The notes under the pieces: generated by a model
Database searches by the model: none
What the model was told of the DNA's origin: nothing
Seen by the model: only the letters and a program-made list of their open reading frames with translations
Part shown: positions 21,476 through 32,158 of the stretch, one piece after another
How positions within the stretch are numbered: the first letter of the stretch is position 1
Layout of the letters: each line of letters begins with the position of its first letter
NCBI GenBank assembly: GCA_016234525.1
Contig: JACRBK010000734.1
Location: forward strand, 1-33,395
Reading direction: 5' to 3'
DNA from: Chloroflexota bacterium
Lineage (GTDB): Bacteria; Chloroflexota; Anaerolineae; Aggregatilineales; Aggregatilineaceae
Length of the DNA stretch: 33,395 nucleotides
Position numbers and translations under genes: made by a program

Positions 21476-23500
21476 TTAATGAGCTAGAGCGGTGACTATT
21501 GAACGAATTTCTTCCAGGAGGGTATCCCGACTGTCATGGCTTTTTTGGAACACTTTTTGTACCTGTTCCGTTAACCGCAGCCGGGCTTCGGGAGAAAGCG
21601 ACATGGCAGTTACTACTACAATCGGAATTGAGCGCCAACTCTCTGTCTTACGTAACTCGTCGATAAATTCAAATCCATTCATTTCGGGCATCATCAAGTC
21701 CAACAAGATCAAGGCCGGGCGGACCTGGGCGATTTGTGCCAGGGCCGATTGGCCACTTTCCGCTTCAATGACATTCCACCCTTCTTTGCGCAGGACAAGC
21801 GCGAGTATGCTTCGGACATCGGGATCATCTTCCACCACCAGAATCTGCGCTTCGGGTCTTTGTGCCTCATATTTTCGCAAAACACCGACCAGTTGTTCGC
21901 GATTCACAGGCTTGGTCAGATAATCAGACGCGCCCAGGGCAAACCCAATGTTTTTATCACTGACCATGGTCACCATGACCACTGGAATAGAAGACAATTC
22001 AGGATCAGCCTTCAACGCACTCAGCACGGCCCATCCATCCATACCCGGCATCATAACATCTAGTGTGATCACTTGGGGATGCAATTCCCTGGCGCGCTGA
22101 ATACCCTCTGGCCCACTGCTGGCTATTTCTACCCGGAAGCCTTCTTTGCTCAGAAAACGAACCATAAGTTCGCAGACCGCCGGATCATCATCAATCACGA
22201 GTACCGTATCTGTTCCAGGTGACACTTCAACAGGTTGGAGAGCAGCAGTACTTGGCGCCGGTTTAGCCTGGGGTGCTGTCACCGGAAGTTGGACTGTAAA
22301 GATCGAACCTTTACCATAGTCACTCTGGGCAGCAACGGCCCCGCCCATCATCTGACAAAAATGTTTACTGATCGATAACCCTAGCCCAGTACCCCCATAC
22401 TTGCGCGTGGTGGATGAGTCAGCTTGCGAGAAATCGGAAAACAGCCTCGACACCTGGTCGGGTGTCATACCGATACCGGTATCAGCTACATGGATCACAA
22501 TCCACTCTTGATCACTGTCGGATCGACGCGAGACATCCAGCTTGACGATTCCCTCTTTGGTGAATTTGGCGGCATTACTGAGCAGGTTAAAAATGACCTG
22601 TCTGACTTTGGTGAGATCGGCATACATAGTGCCCAGGTCACCCGGACAGGTGACCTCTAGCCGGTTGGCATTTTTCTCCATCAGCGGGGTCACGGTAACC
22701 GCAATGTCGTTGATCATATGCGGTACATTGATGATTTCCAGATAGAGGTCCATCTTGCCGGCCTCGATCTTAGATAAATCGAGAATGTCGTTTACAAGAG
22801 CCAATAGATGTTTGGCCGCCGTCTGAATTTTTTTCAGATCGGGAATGAAATTATCCTGCCCTAGATCGGCGCACTCTTCTTCGATAAGTTCGCTGTAGCC
22901 AATAATAGCATTGAGGGGCGTGCGCAGTTCATGGCTCATGTTCGCGAGAAAAGCGCTTTTCGTGCGACTCGCTGCTTCTGCCTCTGATTTCGCTTGTTCC
23001 AGAGCCATTTGCGCTTCTTTCAAGGCGGTTATATCACGTCCGATGCCTATAATCCCAACAATATCGCCAGTAGGGTCAGTGTAGGGAACCTTAGTTGTCA
23101 ACAACCAACCGGACTTGCCCGTCTTTTGGTCCAGACTATGCTCCTCACGATTGATCAGGGATTCTCCAAACTGAATGATCCGCTGTTCATCTTCGTAATA
23201 TGGGACTGCGATGTCACGCGGGTAAAAGTCGAAGTCGGTTTTGCCAACAAGGTCATCCGGCATAGTCCCCATCAGATGTGCCACAGCCAGGTTACTGACA
23301 ATGAAATGACCTTCACGGTCTTTGATGTAAATTAGGTCAGGGAAATTATCAATAAGAACTCGCAACAAGTTACGTTCTTTGGCCAATTCTTGTTCGGCCT
23401 GCTGATATTTGGATCTGCTGGTTTGGATTTCAGCTAATTGGGCTCGCAATTCTGCGATTTCGCTCATGAGTTGATGTCTGGTTTTGTCGTGACTGTCCAT
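21476..23500 (-). CDS. hybrid sensor histidine kinase (coiled coil-PAS-HisKA-HATPase-REC-REC)
   Basis: PAS-like: 'LLRVLIDNFPDLIYIKDREGHFI'. H-box: 'MSHELRTPLNAIIGYSE'. HATPase: 'NLLSNAAKFT', 'DTGIGM' and 'GTGLGLSI'. Two receivers: 'VLVIDDDPAV...TLDVMMPGMDGW' and 'ILVVEDDPDV...LLDLMMPEMNGF'. Confidence 0.9.
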   Translation of the reverse strand: MDSHDKTRHQLMSEIAELRAQLAEIQTSRSKYQQAEQELAKERNLLRVLIDNFPDLIYIKDREGHFIVSNLAVAHLMGTMPDDLVGKTDFDFYPRDIAVPYYEDEQRIIQFGESLINREEHSLDQKTGKSGWLLTTKVPYTDPTGDIVGIIGIGRDITALKEAQMALEQAKSEAEAASRTKSAFLANMSHELRTPLNAIIGYSELIEEECADLGQDNFIPDLKKIQTAAKHLLALVNDILDLSKIEAGKMDLYLEIINVPHMINDIAVTVTPLMEKNANRLEVTCPGDLGTMYADLTKVRQVIFNLLSNAAKFTKEGIVKLDVSRRSDSDQEWIVIHVADTGIGMTPDQVSRLFSDFSQADSSTTRKYGGTGLGLSISKHFCQMMGGAVAAQSDYGKGSIFTVQLPVTAPQAKPAPSTAALQPVEVSPGTDTVLVIDDDPAVCELMVRFLSKEGFRVEIASSGPEGIQRARELHPQVITLDVMMPGMDGWAVLSALKADPELSSIPVVMVTMVSDKNIGFALGASDYLTKPVNREQLVGVLRKYEAQRPEAQILVVEDDPDVRSILALVLRKEGWNVIEAESGQSALAQIAQVRPALILLDLMMPEMNGFEFIDELRKTESWRSIPIVVVTAMSLSPEARLRLTEQVQKVFQKSHDSRDTLLEEIRSIVTALAH

Positions 23501-24126
23501 CGTCTGGTCCTTTCTAAGCCTCTATTATTTCTGAGCTAAACTGTTGACAAATCCAGCCAAGTCATAAAGTGCCCAAAACCCTGACGGAAAAGCGGTATTC
23601 TAAAGGAAAAAACGAAACATATCGGCTGAGTCTATAGAGCACTAATCTTGATAGAGGGTGATGGCAGCGGCCAAAAGGGCGATTGGGAATAATCCACAAT
23701 TCCATCCAGGTGTGTCAACCTTAATCATCACGCTAAAATAAAGTTGTGTCAATGACTTAATGAAAAATTCGTTTTTGGCAAAGTATTTGGAGGTCCTGTT
23801 GTAAGAAAGGGGTAATAATTTGAAGGAAGGCCGTTTGAAGGTGGGTTGAAGGAACAAAGCAGTTGCTTGTGACCGGATTATCACAGTCAGGCTGTCAGGA
23901 TGCTGACTTCAACCGCTGCCTTGGTATGTGCTTTGCCCCCCATCTTGACCTTCCGTGCTATACTGAAGTTGTCCTTAAATAATATATGATATCCTCCATC
24001 AAAAATGAGGCTTTGCGCCTCAATGTGAATTATCTCCCTTATCCGATATGACGACCGCGCGTATTAATAAGAGGAGCGTGCATATGTTACAAAACACGTT
24101 TGTATGGGACTCTGCGTTATCGCTGA

Positions 24127-25017
24127 ATGAATAAACCAATGTATACCTGGATGCTGTTCGTTTATGTGTTTTTGGGATGGGGCGCTTCTGACAATGCCAT
24201 TTTTATACGCGATGCGAGCCGCCATCCGATCTGGCGAAACGTAGTACAGTGGATTGTGCGTTTTCGTACTGTCTGGCTGCTGATCGGTCTATTATTGGGG
24301 ATCGTAGGCATCCTGTATGTTAATAACGTGCTCTTTTTTTTCGTGCCTCCCCTGGTTGTTTTTACTTTGGCGCTCGCTCTGACCCTGGGACCTATTGTAG
24401 TGGAGGAGCGTACGAAATTGAGCTGGGAGCCTTTGTTAACTGTCCCCTATGATATGAGGACGATTTTGCTCGGAAAGGCCAGCGGGGCATTATGGCACAT
24501 TCGGTTTCTGACATATGTGATGAGCATCCTGTTGATGTGTGTATCGGCAGGCGTGGGAATCACCAGTCTGATGCTGATTCCAGTCGGTATAACGCGAACC
24601 AGCGGTTGGTATGAGCTTGGCCTATGTGGTGTTCTGCTTATCATGCCAGTTTTGGGCAGTCTGTTATTTATTTTGGACCGTATGCAGCATTATGCTTTGA
24701 TGGCCGTGGCAGCACTGGCATCGGGCACAGCAGCCCCTTCGATTCGCGCTGCATTGTCAACTGCGACCGCTGTAGTCCTGCTTATTTGGCTGTTTGAGAT
24801 TGCTGTTACAGAAGCGTTTTTGACTGTGGAGCAGGGGGGAACCTGGCAACTGAATTATACGAGGATTTTGTCGATTGCGACCCTGGGCCCCATTGTAAGC
24901 TATATTTCCCGGATGGACTTGAGCCATGCAGCATTATTTATAGCCGGGACACTACTACTGCGCGAGATGCTAATTTGTAGCTTGTGGCGATGGACACTGC
25001 ACAGTGCACGGCATTGA
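24127..25017 (+). CDS. multi-pass membrane protein, ABC-2-type permease-like
   Basis: About six or seven hydrophobic segments. 'VVEERTKLSWEPLLTVPYDMRTILLGK' resembles the E-(R/K)-x-x-G-T-x-E-x-L-L-x-x-P...GK loop of ABC-2 permeases. No cognate ATPase gene is adjacent. Confidence 0.55.
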   Translation: MNKPMYTWMLFVYVFLGWGASDNAIFIRDASRHPIWRNVVQWIVRFRTVWLLIGLLLGIVGILYVNNVLFFFVPPLVVFTLALALTLGPIVVEERTKLSWEPLLTVPYDMRTILLGKASGALWHIRFLTYVMSILLMCVSAGVGITSLMLIPVGITRTSGWYELGLCGVLLIMPVLGSLLFILDRMQHYALMAVAALASGTAAPSIRAALSTATAVVLLIWLFEIAVTEAFLTVEQGGTWQLNYTRILSIATLGPIVSYISRMDLSHAALFIAGTLLLREMLICSLWRWTLHSARH

Positions 25018-25342
25018 TCTGGTATTGATACAGAACAAATAATGCTTCGGGATGAGATAAAAAGATTGTCCTGGCGGATGTAAAGAAACCCAAGCCGATC
25101 TATAAGCCGCGTACTGTGCTCTCCGATGCCGGAGAGTGGTGATCATCTATCAGGAACGGTGGTTGCCCGCCGCCTTAAGTAACCTACCCGGAACCGTTAA
25201 CGGGCCGCGCCTTTTTTTGCTTGGTCTTGCTTCAAGTCGGGCTTGCCAGGCCGCCTTTGTCGCAAAAAGCGCCGGCCCGCACTTACCACGCGATTTCACC
25301 CTCGCCTTTCCATTTTCAGGAAAGGCCACAGGTCTTTTCACG

Positions 25343-25373
25343 ACACTGACCCGGTCACAAACCGGGTCAGTGT
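25343..25373. other. perfect 13-bp-stem hairpin in the convergent intergenic region
   Basis: ACACTGACCCGGT-CACAA-ACCGGGTCAGTGT. No T-tract follows on either strand. Confidence 0.6.
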
Positions 25374-25554
25374 ATAGCATCTGTGTATTCTTGCCAATCT
25401 ACACTTCAATTCAACCAGATTTCTTCGCCTACTTCCAAACGGATGTGTGAAGTAGCCAGGATACCATTATACCATTTAGCGTAGGAGAGCCATTCCTGTC
25501 ACACTAAACCGAGGGAACTGACTATGAAGCTCGCAGCGCTACCGCTGCACACGA

Positions 25555-25983
25555 TCACTCCGAGCAGCCAGATGTAGTAACCTGTCGAGGCGAATAAGCG
25601 AGTGGCTGAACGGATTCATCAACCACGGGACGGCGGTTCAGCTTGATCGCTTTGAAGACCTGCATGATGGACCGACGCTTATTGTGGTTGGCATTGGCAG
25701 CGACTTTAGCTGTTTCGACCTGATCGCTAATTCGTTCGTCCTGAGGACTCATTGGGGCAAACAGGTTAACTGCCTCTCTGTAGTCCGTAAACGAGCGTAG
25801 TATGGCTTGAGCGCGAATGCGTTCTCCTTCGGGATTTATTGGAGCAAGCATGTTAACCACCTTTCTGTATTCCGTAACTGAGCACAGTATATCAGGCAGC
25901 AAACAGGCGATCACCTGCCAAAAGATAGGATTGGGGGTTGGTTTTTGCCAACTCTGGGCAGAATGGATTGTCGGTAATTCCAC
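25555..25983 (-). CDS. hypothetical protein containing a 29-aa tandem repeat
   Basis: 'TEYRKVVNMLAPINPEGERI' and 'TDYREAVNLFAPMSPQDERI' lie 29 residues apart. No recognisable domain. The start is uncertain (internal Met 'MLAPINPEG' is possible). Confidence 0.35.
   Translation of the reverse strand: MELPTIHSAQSWQKPTPNPIFWQVIACLLPDILCSVTEYRKVVNMLAPINPEGERIRAQAILRSFTDYREAVNLFAPMSPQDERISDQVETAKVAANANHNKRRSIMQVFKAIKLNRRPVVDESVQPLAYSPRQVTTSGCSE
25739..25890. repeat. 87-bp-period tandem duplication (two copies)
   Basis: 25751-25803 against 25838-25890 gives 42 of 53 aligned positions identical by hand count. The repeat is in frame with the minus-strand ORF. Confidence 0.75.
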
Positions 25984-26301
25984 CGCAGCAGGTGGATTGC
26001 CGGACCGGTGCCTTTGTAATATTACACAATGGGTTCATGCACGCTTGACCGCTGCTGTCATGCGTTTTCGGTCGCTCGCGCAGACTCTTCACCTCGGACC
26101 ATGGACGACATATTTGCCTCTAATAAGCTGAATATGCGATAGAACGTCATTCGATACGCGGATCGCGCAAATCGCCAGAGTATTCTTCCAGGCTGTTGGA
26201 TGTTTGCTCGTTCATCGTCCCCGCTCGTCTCTTGGTGACGCCCTGTTTTAGATCCTCTCCTACTTTTGATGCGTTTGCCTTGATCAAATTAACGATCCCT
26301 C

Positions 26302-26331
26302 TTGACAAACCTTTGAAAATCCGACAATAAT
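26302..26331 (+). promoter_or_regulatory. sigma-70-type promoter candidate for the LacI-family gene
   Basis: TTGACA at 26302-26307, an 18-nt spacer, then AATAAT at 26326-26331. Confidence 0.45.
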
Positions 26332-26345
26332 GATATTAGAGAATT

Positions 26346-26359
26346 TGAGAGCGCTCCCA
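26346..26359. promoter_or_regulatory. LacI-family operator, CebR/CelR-type palindrome TGAGAGCGCTCCCA
   Basis: This is a 14-bp near-perfect palindrome, one mismatch from TGGGAGCGCTCCCA. It lies ~15 nt downstream of the candidate -10 and 35 nt upstream of the regulator start. Confidence 0.55.
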
Positions 26360-26393
26360 AATAGAAAAAGCTCAAAAAAATGTTGTTGCTGCT

Positions 26394-27443
26394 GTGAAAT
26401 CAACTACTACTTTGACCAAACGACCACAAAGCCTTGAAGACATCGCGTCAAAGGCTGCCGTCTCGCGGTCAACTGTATCCCGCATCATCAACAACGCTCC
26501 AGGGGTCAAAGAGAAAACTCGTCAGCGTGTGTTAGCGGTTATCGCTCAAGAAGGTTTTGTTCCTAATCCGGCAGCACGAGCACTGGTCACCCGACGCACA
26601 CATGCGATTGGTGTGGTGATCCCGTTAGCGCCACTCACTTTCTTTGAAGATACCTTCTATTTCCCGACGCTGCTGCAAGGTATCTCCAGAATGACCACCG
26701 AACACGATCACGCCATGATGCTGTGGCTTGTTCAAAGCGAGGAAGAGCATCAGACTTTCTACCGGCGTATTGTGACTAGTCGCCTGATGGATGGAGTCAT
26801 TATCGCCTCGGCTGCAAGTGATGAACCGCTCATTGATTACTTTCTCAACAGTGGCGTTCCCTTCGTCATGGTTGAGCGTCCGGGCAGTCATATCGATCAA
26901 ATCAGCTTCGTTTCGATTGATAACGAGACATCGGCGTGCAACGCCGTAAGTCATCTGATCACGCTAGGACGACGACGTATCGGGCACATTACCGGCAACC
27001 TGGGCATTGCTGACGGTGTAGATCGGGTCCGAGGATATGAGCGTGCACTAGCCACTGCCGGTCTTCCAGTGGATCAGGCGCTCATCGTCGAGGGTAATTT
27101 CTCGCACAGTGCCGGGTACTTGGGCACAAGACAGCTCGTGGAACAGCATGTTGATGCAATTTTTGCAGCGAACGACATTACCGCGCGTGGGGTCTTACAA
27201 GCGCTGCACGAAACCCACATCCGCGTCCCAGATGATATTGCCCTGATTGGTTTTGACGACTTACCGACCGCCAGCCAACTCAGTCCCCGGCTTACTACTG
27301 TGTGCCATCCCGTGCAGGAGAAGGGACAAATGGCGGCATCCATCCTGCTCGATTTGATCGAAGATCCTGGCAGTGGCCCCCATCAGGTGATGCTGCCCAC
27401 CCAATTAATCGTGCGCGAATCGTGCGGGGCGGTGGTACTTTAA
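26394..27443 (+). CDS. LacI/GalR-family transcriptional regulator
   Basis: The N-terminal HTH is 'LEDIASKAAVSRSTVSRIINN'. A periplasmic-binding-protein-like sugar-binding core follows ('IGVVIP', 'DGVIIAS', 'IGHITG', 'DAIFAANDITARGVLQAL', 'IALIGFDD'). GTG start. Confidence 0.9.
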   Translation: MKSTTTLTKRPQSLEDIASKAAVSRSTVSRIINNAPGVKEKTRQRVLAVIAQEGFVPNPAARALVTRRTHAIGVVIPLAPLTFFEDTFYFPTLLQGISRMTTEHDHAMMLWLVQSEEEHQTFYRRIVTSRLMDGVIIASAASDEPLIDYFLNSGVPFVMVERPGSHIDQISFVSIDNETSACNAVSHLITLGRRRIGHITGNLGIADGVDRVRGYERALATAGLPVDQALIVEGNFSHSAGYLGTRQLVEQHVDAIFAANDITARGVLQALHETHIRVPDDIALIGFDDLPTASQLSPRLTTVCHPVQEKGQMAASILLDLIEDPGSGPHQVMLPTQLIVRESCGAVVL

Positions 27444-27935
27444 TAACTCAGACATCCTCTCTCATATTTTTAACACCGATGCGCCAGGAGCATTAATGAG
27501 AATTAATGAGAAAGGAGAACCGACCGAGCATTCCCTGGTATTGCAACGTTTTGAACGCCGAGTTTCTTATATTTACAAGGAGATTCAACGACAAGAAGGA
27601 CATTGACTGATGTCTAGTTTACTTATACCCGCTCCCTTCGCCGCTCCTTTGCATCGGGAACCTCGTTATGCTATTCTTCGGGGTATAGTCTTTGAATACG
27701 CGGGAAAATCGTGACGAGCAAATCTAATCGTTCGGATCTATATACATCGCAAAGTTGCTTAATGTCAGATTATTTTATGAGTTCACACCATATTATTAAT
27801 AAGCCTCTTGTGTTTAAGGATGGAGGGAGGTGGTGGACAAAGACCTAAGACGCTTGCAAAGTTCAGTGTAAAAGGACCCACGGTCGCCGGATATCTATTG
27901 GATGTACTATTTATTTTTCCAGGAGTATACAAGCA

Positions 27936-29744
27936 ATGAAGCTTAACCGTTTTACTATTGTCGCTCTACTTCTCGTAATGTTGATAACGGGTACAACTTC
28001 ACCGTCAGTCGCCCAGGATACATTGCCACGCAATGAAACCCTGTATTTCAATGGGCAGCAGTGGGGTTCAGTTGTTGGCTGGAATCCGTACTCGAACAGC
28101 AACAACAACGCAATGGCTATCGCACAACAGGACAACGCCCGTGTCCTCATGTTTGAGACCCCCTACCTGTACAACATGCTCGACGGGCAGGTCTATCCTC
28201 TACTGGCTGACGGTCCTTATACGTGGAACGACAGCCGTACCGAACTCACCTTCTCCATCAATCCGGCTGCGCACTGGAGCGATGACACCCCGGTGACGGC
28301 GGAAGACGTAGCTTATACCTGGGCAACCCATGTCAAATACAATACCCCGACGGCGGCAGCCAATGTTGACTATATCGCAGATATTGTCGCAACTGATCCA
28401 CAAACCGTCGTCATCCAGGCGAAGCTGAATGATGCAGGCGTTACAGTCAATCCGCTGCTTGTTCAGGCTTATGTGAGCACTAACTACGTCGTCCAGAAAG
28501 CCTGGACCCAGGTACTGGAAGAGCGCGTCGGTGGTGATGCCACTGCATTACTTGCTGACCCGGCTGAAGATGTCGTTGCCTCCGGTCCCTATTACAAATT
28601 CTTTGCTGATGACTCCAAGGTTGTCCTCATTCGTGATGACAACTATTGGGGACAAGATGCAAGTATGTGGGGTAAACTGCCGGCGCCGAAATACCTTGCC
28701 CATACTATCTTCAAAGACAATGCGGCTGGTACAACCGCGCTCCAGGCCGGTGAAGTAGACATCAGCCAGCAGTTCAATTCCAATGTCCAGAGTTTTTGGC
28801 TGGAAAATGGGCTTCCTATCTCCACTTACTTGCCAGAAGCTCCCTACGGTATTGGCGCCAGCTTGCCCACCGCGTTTTTCAACTTGAATTCGTATGGTCT
28901 GGATAATGCCGTAGTGCGTCGCGCTATCGCGATTGCAGTAGACTACCCCACCATCATCGCCAACGCCATGACCAACCAATCCGCCACCTTTGATCAGGTT
29001 CCGCGCTCCCTGATGAACCCGACCGCCGGTGAGCAAGCACTCTATGACCATGATGCCGTTGCAGAGCTTCAGTGGGCTGGCAACGATATCGAAACCGCCA
29101 ATGCTATCCTCGACGAAGCTGGCATTGTTGATAGTGATGGCGACGGTTGGCGTGAATTAGATGGTCAGAAGTTGACCTATATCGCAACTTGCCCCAATGG
29201 CTGGTCTGACTGGCAGGCTGCAATTGAAGTTGTTGCTGCCGCCGGTAAAGAAATCGGCATTGACATCACAACTAATTTCCCCGAATGGTCCGTATACCAG
29301 ACCGTTGTCACCAAATCAGATGCCCCGCTGCCCGAAGGTTATGACATCTTCATGATGTGGAGCGATGGTGCTGGCCCGACGCAGCCGTGGAGCCGTATCC
29401 GCAAAATGCTCAGTTCCGAATTCAACGGTATGACGAGCAACTGGAACGGCAACTGGGGTGGTTATTCCAATCCTGCGGCTGATGAGCTGATCCAGGCTAT
29501 TCCGCAAGAAACTGACCCTGCTGCGCTGAAGGAAATGTACACGGAATTAGTCCGCATTTACCTGACCGACATTCCTTCCTTCACGTTGATGTACCGCCCG
29601 CAGTCCTTCCACACGGTGAACGAAAGCGTTTGGACCAACTTCCCCTTTGATGGTGATGGTACCAACCCGCCTGTACCACCGCTCGACTTGATGGATGGTT
29701 GGAGTGTTGCCGGTCTCTATAACCTGGTACTGGTCAACCCATAA
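27936..29744 (+). CDS. ABC transporter substrate-binding protein, family 5 (Opp/Dpp-type)
   Basis: Signal peptide '[27 protein letters not shown]'. The ~600-aa size and operon context with Opp-type permeases and ATPases support the call. AGGAG SD present. Confidence 0.88.
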   Translation: MKLNRFTIVALLLVMLITGTTSPSVAQDTLPRNETLYFNGQQWGSVVGWNPYSNSNNNAMAIAQQDNARVLMFETPYLYNMLDGQVYPLLADGPYTWNDSRTELTFSINPAAHWSDDTPVTAEDVAYTWATHVKYNTPTAAANVDYIADIVATDPQTVVIQAKLNDAGVTVNPLLVQAYVSTNYVVQKAWTQVLEERVGGDATALLADPAEDVVASGPYYKFFADDSKVVLIRDDNYWGQDASMWGKLPAPKYLAHTIFKDNAAGTTALQAGEVDISQQFNSNVQSFWLENGLPISTYLPEAPYGIGASLPTAFFNLNSYGLDNAVVRRAIAIAVDYPTIIANAMTNQSATFDQVPRSLMNPTAGEQALYDHDAVAELQWAGNDIETANAILDEAGIVDSDGDGWRELDGQKLTYIATCPNGWSDWQAAIEVVAAAGKEIGIDITTNFPEWSVYQTVVTKSDAPLPEGYDIFMMWSDGAGPTQPWSRIRKMLSSEFNGMTSNWNGNWGGYSNPAADELIQAIPQETDPAALKEMYTELVRIYLTDIPSFTLMYRPQSFHTVNESVWTNFPFDGDGTNPPVPPLDLMDGWSVAGLYNLVLVNP

Positions 29745-29874
29745 ACAACTAACCATGCAGGTGGCAATCACCTCATCCCACTGGACCCAGTTATTGGAAC
29801 CTAAAACCAGGACTGAGCCCTCGAGGTGATTGCTACCTCATTAATATCTTCCATCAAATTTATTGAGGAGCGCT

Positions 29875-30882
29875 GTGTTGAAAGCGTATCGAAACTATTA
29901 CCTTAAGAAGATAGTCTGGTTCGTTATCACTTTGCAGTGTGCATTCATCTTGAATTTCATTCTGCCTCGTATGATGCCGGGAGACCCCGTGGCAGGCATC
30001 GTGGCCAGGATGGCCCAGGGCATGTCCAATGCTACTGGCGTTCAAGCCGTGTATGAGCAATACACGGAATTGTTTGGCACTGATAAACCTATGTTAGAGC
30101 AGTTCATCATCTACGTTCGGAATGTCTTTCATGGCGATTTTGGCTACTCGATCAGCCAGTACCCTCGAACGGTGGCGGATGTCATCAAATCATCCATCTG
30201 GTGGACGGTTGCGCTGCAATTTCCAGCGATCATTGTCGGTTGGATACTAGGGAATACCCTCGGTGCGCTATCAGCTTACCTTAGGAAGGGCTTTGACAAC
30301 GTTCTTCTGCCCATCAGCATTTTCTTTAGCAATTTACCCGCCTTCGCTATGGCGATCATTTTACTGGTGATCTTCGGCGTCAGCTTGAAATGGGCCCCCA
30401 CGTCCGGCGGCTATGGTTTCGACATGATTCCTAATAACAGTTGGGAATTTGTATGGTCGGTCATTGTTCATTATCAATTGCCGTTTTGGGCGATTGTGTT
30501 GATCACCATCGGCGGCCAGGCGATAGGGATGCGGTCAATGGCTATCTATGAGTTGAATGCGGATTACGTCAAGTACGCGCGTTTCCTGGGAGTCAAAGAC
30601 CGCAAGATTATCATGTATGTCTTCAGAAACGCGATGCTGCCTCAGATCACGGGACTGGCACAGTCTATCGGGACCATGGTGGGCGGTGCGCTGTTCGCTG
30701 AGATTATCTTCAGTTATCCGGGGCTTGGCTCTACCATTTTAACAGCCGTGAGAGGGGGCGATTACCCGCTGATTTCGGCAACGACACTGATTATTACCAT
30801 CATGTCTTTGGTCGCGTTCTTTGTCCTTGAAATCCTTTACGGGCTGATTGACCCACGCATTAAAGCTGCTCAATCCGAATAG
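29875..30882 (+). CDS. ABC transporter permease (OppB/DppB-type)
   Basis: Six hydrophobic segments. The EAA-loop region is '[28 protein letters not shown]'. GAGGAG SD at 29865-29870. Start is GTG 29875 or TTG 29878. Confidence 0.9.
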   Translation: MLKAYRNYYLKKIVWFVITLQCAFILNFILPRMMPGDPVAGIVARMAQGMSNATGVQAVYEQYTELFGTDKPMLEQFIIYVRNVFHGDFGYSISQYPRTVADVIKSSIWWTVALQFPAIIVGWILGNTLGALSAYLRKGFDNVLLPISIFFSNLPAFAMAIILLVIFGVSLKWAPTSGGYGFDMIPNNSWEFVWSVIVHYQLPFWAIVLITIGGQAIGMRSMAIYELNADYVKYARFLGVKDRKIIMYVFRNAMLPQITGLAQSIGTMVGGALFAEIIFSYPGLGSTILTAVRGGDYPLISATTLIITIMSLVAFFVLEILYGLIDPRIKAAQSE

Positions 30883-30896
30883 GCGGAGATACGACC

Positions 30897-32150
30897 ATGA
30901 AACATATAATTGGACAGGTTTTTCGATCAGGAAAATTTCTCGTCGGCTTTGTGATGTTCATGGCGATAGTATTGACAGTGGTGATTTATCCCCTGTTCAT
31001 AAAAGACGAACCATTGGATATAGTCAGCCGGGGAACGTTCCTTCCCCCAGGGATCTATGTGAACGTGTACGACAGCATCGAGTTTTCCCCCCGGTACACC
31101 CTGATCTTGGATGAGGCAGCAGCCCGACGAATTGCCAGTAAGCTGAGCCATGAGGATCGCCTGGCGATGCAGGAATGGCTTGTCGCCATGGGCGTCCCCC
31201 CCAATAAGATCGATATCGAGGATACCGCTAACCTCCTCGAACTGTGGGAAAACACCTTTGACCCCACCGCACGCATCCCCGGCATGACGAATGCCGATCG
31301 AAATTACTACATCCGTCTCAACAGCGCACTGGATGGGCTGCTCGCCACCGAAGGTGCGACTGTCGCCGCTGTAAATTCAGAAACAGGTGTGCTTGAGGAA
31401 AAGGATGTCATCGACCAAACCGACTATGTGAATGTCGGCGAAGTGCCCAATATTCGCTTGCTGCCTCTCGGAACAGATAACTTCGGTCGTGATGTGTTGA
31501 CAGAACTGGTAAAAGCCACCGGTGTATCTCTGACCATCGGGTTTGTGGCGGGGATTATTGCGACCTCTATCGGCCTGGTTTTTGGGCTGCTCTCCGGGTA
31601 CTTGGGCGGTTTTGTTGACGATTTGATCGGGTTTTTAAACAACCTGTTCACCGTCATTCCGCCTTTGATGCTGGCGATCCTGATTGCATTCAGCATCGGG
31701 CAGGACCAACGCGGAGCCTACACCGTCGCCGTAGTCATCGGGGTAACCTCCTGGCCATGGACTTCCAGGGCGGTGCGCGCGCAGGTGATTTCACTTCGCA
31801 ACCGTGATCATGTTAACCTGTCAAAACTATCTGGGCATTCTATCGCCTACATCCTTTTGACAGATATTCTGCCCTATATTGCTTCGTATGTCGTCATGGC
31901 ACTGATCCTGCAAATTTCGCAGGGCATCCTGACTGAGGCCGGGCTGTCCATCCTTGGTCTGGGACCCAGAACGACGGACGTCCCCACCCTGGGGCTGATG
32001 ATGAGTTGGGCGATGATCTACCAGGCGCCTATCATGGGCATTTGGTGGGCATACTTCCCAGTGATCGTCGTTATTGCGGTGATTTCGTTCTCGATGAACC
32101 TGATGAATACGGGCCTTGACCGGGTGTTCAATCCAGCATTGAGGGAATAA
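30897..32150 (+). CDS. ABC transporter permease (OppC/DppC-type) with an enlarged first extracytoplasmic loop
   Basis: The EAA-loop region is '[37 protein letters not shown]'. About 170 non-hydrophobic residues separate TM1 (residues ~13-35) from the next hydrophobic segment (~205). Confidence 0.9.
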   Translation: MKHIIGQVFRSGKFLVGFVMFMAIVLTVVIYPLFIKDEPLDIVSRGTFLPPGIYVNVYDSIEFSPRYTLILDEAAARRIASKLSHEDRLAMQEWLVAMGVPPNKIDIEDTANLLELWENTFDPTARIPGMTNADRNYYIRLNSALDGLLATEGATVAAVNSETGVLEEKDVIDQTDYVNVGEVPNIRLLPLGTDNFGRDVLTELVKATGVSLTIGFVAGIIATSIGLVFGLLSGYLGGFVDDLIGFLNNLFTVIPPLMLAILIAFSIGQDQRGAYTVAVVIGVTSWPWTSRAVRAQVISLRNRDHVNLSKLSGHSIAYILLTDILPYIASYVVMALILQISQGILTEAGLSILGLGPRTTDVPTLGLMMSWAMIYQAPIMGIWWAYFPVIVVIAVISFSMNLMNTGLDRVFNPALRE

Positions 32151-32158
32151 GTGATCGT

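Noticed and set aside
23501-24126. ORF 23642..23884 - and a TTGACA at about 23545 in the AT-rich divergent region.
   Set aside because: The ORF has no motif or SD. The TTGACA has no acceptable -10 element at 16-19 nt spacing, so no promoter call was made.
25300-25330. RNase P RNA, suggested by 'CAGGAAAGGCC', which resembles the GGAAAGUCC P4 core.
   Set aside because: The match is only partial, and none of the other universally conserved RNase P segments are present nearby.
25136-25450. ORFs 25136..25450 + and 25150..25380 -.
   Set aside because: They coincide with the hairpin-rich intergenic region. Their composition (basic, Pro/Ala-rich) and the lack of start signals suggest they are not coding.
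27444-27935. A second LacI operator, small ORF or riboswitch in the 492-nt leader before the binding-protein gene, including the perfect tandem ATTAATGAGA x2 at 27492-27511 and a 37-codon ORF from 27496.
   Set aside because: No palindrome comparable to 26346-26359 is present, only a GCTCCC half-site and a weak AACGTT core. The 10-bp duplication and the short ORF have no supporting signals. The leader remains unexplained rather than annotated.
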